Source: Eledone cirrhosa
Lineage: Eukaryota
Assembly: GCA_964016885.1 (NCBI GenBank)
Contig: OZ024758.1
Coordinates: 8,494,001-8,558,000, forward strand
Length of the DNA stretch: 64,000 nucleotides
Direction of reading: 5' to 3'
This document shows, in pieces, positions 54,008 to 64,000 of the stretch. The position numbers and the translations under genes were made by a program. How positions within the stretch are numbered: position 1 is the first letter of the stretch; each line of letters starts with the position of its first letter. Below the pieces are notes generated by a model, which worked only from the letters and a program-made list of their open reading frames with translations, was not told where the DNA came from and made no database searches.

Positions 54008-54670
54008 CTGGTGGTGGTGGTGGTGGTGGTGGTGGTGGTGGTGGTGGTGGTGGTGGTGGTGGTGGTGGTGGTGGTGGTGGTAGTGGTGGTGGTAGTGGTG
54101 ACAATGGTGGTAGATAGTGGTGGTGGTGGTGGTGGTAGTAGTGACAACGATGGTAGATAGTGGTGGTGGTGGTGGTGGTGATAACGATGGTAGATAGTAG
54201 TGGTGGTGGTGGTGGTGATAACGATGGTAGATAGTGGTGGTGGTGGTGATAGCGATGGTAGCTAGTGGTGGTGGTGGTGGTGACGATGGTAGATAGTGGT
54301 GGTGGTGGTAGTAGTGACAACGATGGTAGATAGTGGTGGTGGTGGTAACAACGATGGTAGATAGTAGTGGTGGTGGTAGTGGTGGTGGTGATGATAACGA
54401 TGGTAGATAGTAGTGGTGGTGGTGGTGGTGATAACGATGGTAGATAGTGGTGGTGGTGGTGATAGCGATGGTAGCTAGTGGTGGTGGTGGTGGTGACGAT
54501 GGTAGATAGTGGTGGTGGTGGTAACAACGATGGTAGATAGTAGTGGTGGTGGTAGTGGTGGTGGTAGTGGTGGTGGTGGTGATAACGATGGTAGATAGTG
54601 GTGGTGGTGGCGGTGGTAGTGGTCACAGCGATGGAAGATAGTGGTGGTGGTGGTGGTGGTAACAACGATG
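54008..54670. repeat. (GGT)n array punctuated by acgatggtagatag
   Basis: Direct reading. Confidence 0.9.
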
Positions 54671-55079
54671 GTGAATGGTGCAGCAGTTTGATGGTGACAG
54701 AGGTGGGGGTGCTGGTGGTGTTAATGGAGGAGGAATGAGTGAGTGGTGGTAAGAGTACTAGTGATGCTACTTTAATGGAGTTAATGATGCTGGTGGTAGT
54801 GATGATGGTATTGGATATTTCATTGTTGCTTGGCACAAGATCACATCTGGTCGAAAGATGAAAAGCTTCGCTTGGCACCAGATCACATCTGGTCGAAAGA
54901 TCAAAAGCTTCCCAGCCATGATCAACCCATCTTATTTTCCATGGAATAGTGTATCCTGGAATACATTATCGTTTTTGTGTCTCTTATGATTTGGCTGTTA
55001 TTTCTAGCAGGTTGACCAGCTATGTAGAAACTGCCTGTGGGGTTCATGAATGTGCTGTTGGTGGTGGTGATACTAACAA

Positions 55080-55193
55080 TAATTTCTAGTATAGGCACAA
55101 GGCCAGTAATTATCCCAGTGTATTACTGGTACTTTATTTCATCGACCCCCGTAAGGATGAAAGGCAAAGTTAACCTCGGCGGGATTTGAACTC
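55080..55193 (-). mobile_element. 5'-truncated SINE
   Basis: Same family as 5194-5376. Confidence 0.8.
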
Positions 55194-56051
55194 ACACACA
55201 CACCTACACACCTACACACACCCACCTACGCCTACACATACACCTACACCTACACACATACACACACATCTACACACACAATGTATAAGGTGTCTGTGTT
55301 TCTGTCTGCATTTTATTCATCACCACCATCATTATCATCAACAGTAAATTCTAACAGAATATTCTCATGGCTCCATTGTAACCCAGCAAATTTATGACAC
55401 ACCTACACACACGCACTTACACACACACACATCTACACACACACACCTACACACACACCTACACACACACACCTACAACACACCTACACACACACATCTA
55501 CACACACACACCTACACACACACCTACACACACACACCTACACACACACCTACACACACACACCTACACACACACACCCACACACACACCTACACACACA
55601 CACCTACACACACATCTACACACACACACCTACACACACACATCTACATACATACACATAAACATGATATCTCTCAGTTTGACATTGGTCTACTTTCATT
55701 TGTTCAACGTTTGGTAAAATTTGGAAGGAATTTCTTCTTCTCGTCCTTTCTTGACATCAATGTCGGACGAAATATTACTGTGGCGTTTATAAAACTGACT
55801 TCCTGATCGATTTTTTGGTTTATAGATTATGTGGGAAGCTTTTAAGTTCTGAACATAATTAAAAAGTAATTAAAATATACAAATGAGATATTAGTGGCGG
55901 TACAGAACAATTTAAAAGCTTTGAAAGCAGATATAGATAAATGAAACTTTATGACATATGACACAACAGTCAATTGGAGAGAAAGTTGTTTGGTATTCTC
56001 TCTTTCTCTCTCTTCCTACCCCATCTCTTTCTTCCTCTCCATATCCCCCCC

Positions 56052-56104
<53 letters not shown>

Positions 56105-56199
56105 ATATACTCTGTCTAGTTCTATACCTCGACACAGAAGTGAACCTAAATATCGAGTGCTCACCCGGGTGAACCTACAGTAACTACAACTTACACTCC

Positions 56200-56241
<42 letters not shown>

Positions 56242-56953
56242 GTATCTCCCACTCTCTCACCAAGCTTGAAGCTAATAACACTATATACCATTGACTCCTG
56301 CGTTTATTTGTTTATTTGTTTGCCATATATATATATATATGTGTGTGTGTGTGCGTGTGTGTGTTATATAATATATATATGTTATATATATATATATTAT
56401 ATATATGTTATATATATGTTATATATATGTTATATATATATATTATACATATATATATATCATGTAACTAGTAACAGATTTCACTCCTTCTAGATCATTC
56501 GCTTTCTATTTATGATCATGTTTCTAACAGAGTTTTAATGATGCCATAGAGAGGCTCCCACTCCTCCGAAATTTAGCTACAATTTGCTATTAATTAGAAC
56601 GCCGGTTTATCTAGCGTCTCTGTGCGGGGTTCAATATATAAGAAACAATGACAAACCCCTATTTTCCCTATTATCTGTCTTCGTTCCCTGTCTGTATTTG
56701 ACTGGGGTCATGTTCTTAGAGATTGATGACAAGGTTCAGGTTATGGAGACATGCATAAATTATCGACACAAAATTATTGTTTTCTTTCTTATATTTTCTT
56801 TCTTGAGATTTCTTTCCTTCTTATTTTTCTTATGTTTCATGTTTTATTTCTTGTTGTTGTTCTTATTGTTGTTTCGCTTATTATTGAATAATTTCCTAAA
56901 CAAATTTAAAAGTAAATATATATATATATAAATACACACACACACACACACAC

Positions 56954-57000
<47 letters not shown>

Positions 57001-57086
57001 AATATATATAAATATATAAAGAATATATATAAATGTAAAACCATATAAATATATAAAAATACATAAATACACACACACATTATATG

Positions 57087-57161
<75 letters not shown>

Positions 57162-57216
57162 TGTGTGTGTGTATTTAGTATATATATATTTATATGGTTT
57201 TATATTTATATATATT

Positions 57217-57271
<55 letters not shown>

Positions 57272-58300
57272 GCGTGTGTGTATTTATATATTTATATATT
57301 TACTTTTAAAACATCTAATGATAAAACATCTAATGTATACACCATGGGCCTCAATACATACAACAATTTTATACGCCGTGAATTACACAATACACCAACA
57401 AACCTAATTCGCAGCCCATACATAACAATCTTCAAAATCATATAGTAGAACCGGCGCATAGGAAAGCATTTCTATGCAATTGCCACTTACCCGACAATTG
57501 CCCTCTACTAAACAGATGCCTTGAGAAAAACGTAGTATACTAATATATATTAGACCTTTTCCCTTGATGAAACCAAATTTGGATTGTTTCACTCCCATCT
57601 TCCAACCATGCGCCGTAACCTACCATTCTTACAAGGCCTCTATTTAAGCTAGAGTCTATATTAACAAAGAAATGTTCTAAATAAAAATGGAGTTAACGTC
57701 AGTGTTCAGTGTTGCGAGACAGCGTTGAAAACATCCAATTCGAACTATTGTTTATTGTTTATTGTCAAAAGATCAGTGGGGTTATATTTCGCTGTTTCAA
57801 TTATCCGGAATGATTTTGTTTTTGTGTTGACAGTTAGAGATAATCTCCGTCTTTTTGTTTTAAAATATACGTTTGCTTTGTTATTATACGTAAGGTATTT
57901 TTCTGTAGTTTGTAGTTAACGTTACTCTGTTGCATCTATACAGGGCGAAGATTATATACAATGGCCAGCACATAACTATTTCAAGTGCAATACATATCTG
58001 CTTTTTTTATTTACTTCATAAACATACTCCATCATAACCACCACCAAGCCAACACATTTACCACATCGCCACCATTCAACGAGGGAGCTGCTATACGTGT
58101 GCTGGTACCCCTAAAAATAGTAGGCAAACCCTCCTCAAACTAAGACCTACTGTCTATAACTACACCATCTAATAGAAGACTATTAGATAATGTAGTACTA
58201 GATACTCTGACTGAAATCACGACGGGATGGTCATGATTGGACTACCTGTCCTCATAGGTTTTCTTAATCAGACCTGACTTTGGCCTAAACAGCAACAATA

Positions 58301-58488
58301 CGAGGGTGGACTGAAAAGTTCATAAGCTGACTATGTGATGCTAGAGCTGTGAAATCTTGCATGCATTAATTTCAACTCTTATTAATAACTGCAATGTTTC
58401 TCCTCTGGTACTATGTTGAAAAATAAACCTCATTTGGTCATTCCATGAGAGTATCTTGGTCAGCCTAAGAACTGTTCATCCGACCTTC
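58301..58488. mobile_element. Monomeric copy of the mariner-type MITE seen at 36516
   Basis: ta-cgagggtggactgaaaagttcataagctgac...cttggtcagcctaagaactgttcatccgaccttca-ta. Confidence 0.85.
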
Positions 58489-58839
58489 ATAGTAACGACA
58501 ACAATGCCGCCTCTTCTTCTTCTTCTTCTCCTTTTCCTTTTTCTTCTTCTTTTTCTTCTTTTTTTTCTTTTTCTTCTTCTTTTTCTTTTTCTTCTTCTTC
58601 TTTTTCTTCTTTTTTTTCTTTTTCTTCTTCTTCTTCTGCTTTTTCTTTTTCTTCTTCTTTTTCTTCTTTTTTTTCTTTTTCTTCTTCTTCTTCTTCTTCT
58701 TCTTCTTCTTCTTCGTCCTCCTCCCATTGAAAAATAAACCTCATTTGGTCATTCCATGAGAGTATCTTGGTCAGCCTATGGGTCACCCGGCCTTCATAGC
58801 AACGACGACGGGGCCGCTTTCAAGGCCACAATTGCTTCG

Positions 58840-58910
58840 CTGACGTTTCTTCTATATATTTCCTGTTGACCAATCAGAATGTTTTCCAAGACTCATAGCC
58901 ACGCCCTCTT
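58840..58910 (-). promoter_or_regulatory. Possible Pol II core promoter (GC box, CCAAT, TATA-like)
   Basis: Minus-strand order agggcgtggc, ctgattgg, atatatagaag, acgtca within ~70 bp. Confidence 0.3.
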
Positions 58911-59012
58911 TTCAGCTGTAAGCAATATCACCTCTTCTACCCTCCTTACGTTGGTCACCACTTCCCTCTATCAATAACCTCACACTACTACCCTCTCTCT
59001 CCTTCTCTTCCC

Positions 59013-59060
<48 letters not shown>

Positions 59061-59903
59061 CTCTCTCTCTCCCTTTTAGTCTCCCTTTACCACAATAATG
59101 TTCCTTCTTTCCTCTTTCTTTCACTTCTCTTTTTCTTTCTAGATTTCTTTTCCTCTGACTACAACCACCATTGACTCACTCCATTTCTTTCTTTTCTTTC
59201 TAACCCTCCTCCTCCTCTTCCCTTTCCCCTCCTCTTCCTCCTCTCTTCTTTATCCTCTCCTCCTCCTCGTCTTCTTCCCCGTCTCCCTCCTCCTCCCCTT
59301 CCTCCACCTTCGTCTCATCCTCCTCCACCACCACTTCCCCCCTCTCTCCCATATTGTGATACACACCAATCAATCACACCCCTCCCCTTCCCGACATCAT
59401 TTCATTCTTTTTCTCCCTCTACTCCTCTTGTCACTCTCAACGTCTCTCCTCCTCCTCCTCCTCCCGACATTTTACGATCACGACCGTCCCCGTATATCTT
59501 GCTACCACCACCACCGCCACCACTACCACCACCGCCACCACCACCACCGCCACTAACACCACCGCCACTAACACCACCACCACCGCCACTAACACCACCA
59601 CCACCGCCACCACTACCACCACCGCCACCACTATACCACCACCACCACCACCACCACCATACCACCACCACCACCACTACCACCACCACTACCACCACCA
59701 CCACCACCACCATACCACCACCACCACCACTACCACCACCACCACCATCATCACCTCCACTACCACCAGCGCCACCACCATACCACCACCACCGCCGCCA
59801 TCATCACGACCACCACCGCCACCAACAACACATCCACAACATGTCGCCATACATATATATATATATATATGTGTGTGTGTATATATATATATATATGTGT
59901 GTG

Positions 59904-59936
<33 letters not shown>

Positions 59937-59942
59937 ATATAC

Positions 59943-59974
<32 letters not shown>

Positions 59975-60024
59975 ATATATATACATGTGTGTGTGTATAT
60001 ATGTGTGTGTGTGTGTATATATAC

Positions 60025-60056
<32 letters not shown>

Positions 60057-60212
60057 ATATATACATGTGTGTGTGTATATATGTGTGTGTGTGTGTGTAT
60101 ATATACATATATATATATATGTGTGTGTGTGTATATATATATACATATGTGTGTATATGGCGACCAGGAAGTGAGCAGCAGATGTAGAAGAAACTCGACA
60201 CGGTTCCATTAC

Positions 60213-60239
60213 CTTCTGGTCGGACATATTGTCGGCCAT
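60213..60239 (-). CDS. Candidate first coding exon MADNMSDQK
   Basis: aatATGGCC start context, strong donor AAG|gtaatg, CpG-containing unique island. Confidence 0.45.
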
Positions 60240-60392
60240 ATTGATAAGACAATATATTACAAACATCAAACAAAGCAATAAAACAACAAAACCCCAGATT
60301 CAAGTCTTAAGGATCTGCGGCAGTTGGAGAGTTTTATTTATATTATATTTTCTTTTAGTATTATTAGTATTATTGTATCTCGGTATTGTATG

Positions 60393-60745
60393 TTGGTTGG
60401 TTATATACTACCCTGTGTTGGTTATATACTACCCTGTGTTGGTTATATACTACCCTGTGTTGGTTATATACTACCCTGTGTTGGTTATATACTACCCTGT
60501 GTTGGTTATATACTACCCTATGTTTGTTATATACTACCCTGTGTTGGTTATATACTACCCTGTGTTGGTTATATACTACCCTGTGTTGGTTATATACTAC
60601 CCTGTGTTGGTTATATACTACCCTGTGTTGGTTATATACTACGCTGTGTTGGTTATATACTACCCTGTGTTGGTTATATACTACCCTGTGTTGGTTATAT
60701 ACTACCCTGTGTTGGTTATATACTACGCTGTGTTGGTTATATACT
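60393..60745. repeat. 21-bp VNTR, ~17 near-perfect copies
   Basis: Unit ttggttatatactaccctgtg. Confidence 0.95.
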
Positions 60746-61172
60746 ACCACCACCATCAACAACACCACCGCCTCCACAACCACCACCAACATACACAACC
60801 ACCACAGCCGTCACCACCACCTCCACAACCACCACCACCGCCGCCACAACCACCACCACCACCACCAACAACAACAACACCATCTCCGCCCCCCCCCCCC
60901 CGCTTTCACCACTGCCATCACCACCACATCCACAACCCAACACCGTCAGCGCCACCAACAACCGCCTTACTAACTCACCTGCCATACTGTTTCCTATTAT
61001 TACTATTAATTGTTGTTGTTATTGTGTATATTTACTCAATGTTATTGTACCCCCCCCCCCCCCCCCCCCCCCTCCACATACACACACACACTGCCCCTGT
61101 CTGTATTGTCCCCTATATGTCGGCCCTTGTGACCAATAAATGAAATCATTATCATTATTTTTTTTTGTCAAT

Positions 61173-61361
61173 GGCGGATTGGCAGTATCGGTAGAGAGTC
61201 GGACACCATGCTTTGAAGCATAGAGTTACGTCCCTTTATGATCTGAGTTCAAATCCCGCCGAGGTTGACTTTGCCTTTCATCCTTACGGGGGTCGATAAA
61301 ATAAAGTACCAGTAATGCACTGGGGTAATTGCTGGCCTTGTGCCAAAAGTAGAAACAATTA
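61173..61361 (+). mobile_element. Full-length tRNA-derived SINE
   Basis: ggcggattggcagtatcggtagag...ctgagttcaaatcccgccgagg...agaaacaatt. Confidence 0.9.
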
Positions 61362-61364
61362 TCT

Positions 61365-61545
61365 TTTTTGTCTCTGGAGTCTGTCATTGATGTCATTTAA
61401 CTGGAAAGTTTGTTCAAATGAACCTCAAGCCGCTACCTGCAGGGACTGGACTAATGTTCTTTAGCCATCCTTGAAAACTCTTCGAGAGTACCTAGTGATC
61501 CGATGACAATCGGGATGACCTTGATCTCATTACAGTTCCAATCCT
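61365..61545 (-). mobile_element. R4/Dong LINE 3' end, second copy
   Basis: Matches 33570-33830 (cattgatgt.atttaactggaaagtttgtt, gtacctagtg.tcc.atgacaatcggga). Confidence 0.8.
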
Positions 61546-61549
61546 AACT

Positions 61550-62330
61550 TCCAGAAACAGAAATCCCTCGCTTGGAAGTGCTACCGGGGCGGCACTGCCG
61601 GTTCGAAAGAAACTCTACAGGCACGGAAGTGCTGTCAGACGGACCTGCCCCGAGATGCGCGCAGAGCGACGAAACCGTTCTGTACGCACTCGTCCAGTGT
61701 CCGTGCATTACTGACTTGTGGAGTTAAGTCGAACAGCTGTTGTCGCGTGTAGAACTGATCCGGCTATCGGCCGAATCCACAGTGAACATCGACCCACCAC
61801 CTTCTTTTGTCCAGGAAGGGCAGGCAATTTCCCTGTCTGGTGGCAATAGCGAAAGAGGTTGTATGGTGGCTCAGGTTGAAAGGACAGAAGACAGACACGT
61901 TTTTCTTCCGCCAATCCGTCACCAACTTTTTCAAATTTCACTTGGAAAGGAAGGTGAGGGTGGCGAGAGAAATGCTGCTGTCCCCCAGTACATTTGCTGA
62001 AAGGTGTGTAAATGTGGCGAGAATGGCCCCGTCTGAGTGGGCCCTACTCTGATCATGCGCCTATAGGCTGGTGAATTTGAGTAGGAGAGGAGTGCCTTTC
62101 CCGGGTGCCCTTGAAGCGTCGGGTGGTTCAGGATTGATGGTGTACCTGAGTCAACACTGGGTGGTTATCCTCCCTATTGGGGAATTTTTCATTGTTGTAT
62201 TTTGTTTTTGTTATTTTGTTATTGTTATTTATATTTTTTACACGTTTTATATGTAAACCCCCACTGTCCCTGTCTATTGTATTGTCCCCTATATGTCGGC
62301 CCTTGTGGCCAATAAATGAAACAATTATTA
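61550..62330 (+). mobile_element. Tx1/L1-clade LINE 3' fragment (zinc knuckle, 3' UTR, AATAAA)
   Basis: KSLAWKCYR.ALPVRKKLYRHG..TCPRCAQSDETVLYALVQCP..LWS with frameshifts; 3' end duplicated at 61089-61150. Confidence 0.75.
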
Positions 62331-64000
62331 TTTTTATTATATAAGGAATTGATTTAAAAGACATGACTTCTTTTTTTTTGTTGTTATGTGAGTCGGGTGG
62401 AGTGTTGTAATTCAACCGGGTATATGGGAAGTATCAGGACATAAAACAAATCTGGCCAAAAATATTATTTATTCACTGGCAGTTTGCAGTAGTAGTGGTA
62501 GTAGTAGTGTTGTGATGGAGTGGTTGTGGTTGTGGTAGTAGCAGTAGTAGTGGTAGTAGTAGTGTTGTGATGGAGTGGTTGTGGTAGTAGCAGTAGTAGT
62601 GGTAGTAGTAGTGTTGTGATGGAGTGGTTGTGGTTGTGGTTGTAGCAGTAGTTGGGATTGGGATGGTTGTAGTAGTTGTAGTGGTTATTATAGTAGTAGT
62701 AGTAGTAGTAGTAGTAGCAGTAGTAGCAGCAGCAGTAGTAGTAGCAGTAGTAGTGGGTGTGGTAATGTTTGTAGTATTAGTTGTTGATGTTTTCTCGTTA
62801 TTCAAATCGTTCCATCTTCCCGTCAAATTGTGGCCAGTCTTAATTTTTTATTATTTTTTCTTTACATTAGTTTTTTTCATGTTTGATATGCGTCATTTGT
62901 ATTTTATGATGTCTCAGATGGTTAATGAAGAATACATACACACACATACATACACACACACACACACACATACAGAGAGATGCACACATATACATACATA
63001 TATAAACATATATACACATACAAAATGTATGTATATGTTTGGCAATGGAATAAGGCATTTAGTTCCGTGTAACTATATATATGCATGAGGGTACAACAGT
63101 AAAGTTGGTGTACACACACATACACACACTCACACACCTAGAGACACATACATACACACACTCTCTCTCACACACACGCGCACACACTCACGCACACACT
63201 CATACACACACACACACACACATACACAATATATAAATACGCTAGGGTCTCACATATTAGGGGTATAAAAGATTATGGATGAGGAAAATACTTTAGGGGA
63301 CCATTCAGCATATTGCATAAAAATAGGGAAGTTCTCACATATTTGATATAGTGGATAGAAAAACTTGTATCAACTCCGATTGTCAAAGCAATTATTTTAC
63401 AAAAACTTCCCATGGGTGGCTGTGTATTCTAATTTTTTGTATATGTACCCACCCACCCGCCAACCTGAAATGTCCCTGGTCCCCCAAACTCTCTATCCAA
63501 CTCTACATGTGGATGCTCAAAATCCAAAATAACAACATAAAACGAGATAACCCAGTAAGATGAGTTGGATTTGAAATTTTTGAACGAAGTGAATAGGTGC
63601 AGATCTGTTTAGGTTTTCTTCTATAAAAAGGGACAAGTACCCCGAAATTACACGTTACATGGCCGTACACACACACACACCACACACCACACACCACACA
63701 CACACACACACCACACTACACGCACACGTACACCACGCACACGTACACCACATCACCACACACACACCACGCATGCACACGCAGACACACACACCCATCA
63801 CACCACACACACCACCTCCACACACACCACACCCACACACATTCAGACTCATGCACACGTTCACCACACACACACACGCCCCCTACACACACACAAATAC
63901 ATACACACAAATACATACACACTCACTCACCCACACACTATTCTTGTGAGGACCTTCGACGTCAAGTATAGTTTCGAAAGACAATGATGGAACAATGGCT

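Noticed and set aside
57491-57519. 29-nt micro-exon with gtaagt donor
   Set aside because: Good splice sites, but phase 0 contains a stop and I could not link it to other exons
60213-60239. SUMO-like N-terminus (MSDQ)
   Set aside because: No downstream ubiquitin-fold exons found; nine residues are not diagnostic

Overview
AT-rich, microsatellite-saturated animal genomic DNA. The repeat inventory (tRNA-derived SINEs, RTE/R4/Tx1 LINE relics, mariner and hAT MITEs, huge (TA)n/(CA)n/(GGT)n tracts) looks like an Octopus/cephalopod genome; this is inferred, not verified. Almost all ORFs in the supplied track are simple-repeat artefacts. Two things stand out. (1) A chain of short (30-64 nt, one 234 nt) GT-AG exons on the minus strand has mutually compatible reading phases from about 30.8 kb down to about 1.7 kb, with a possible start exon (MADNMSDQK) at 60.2 kb. 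This suggests one long, micro-exon-rich gene whose product I cannot name. (2) Several type I hammerhead ribozyme motifs and fold-back palindromes of Penelope-like character are inserted into (TA)n tracts, and one is sense to the putative pre-mRNA. No CRISPR, rRNA or bona fide tRNA gene is supported.
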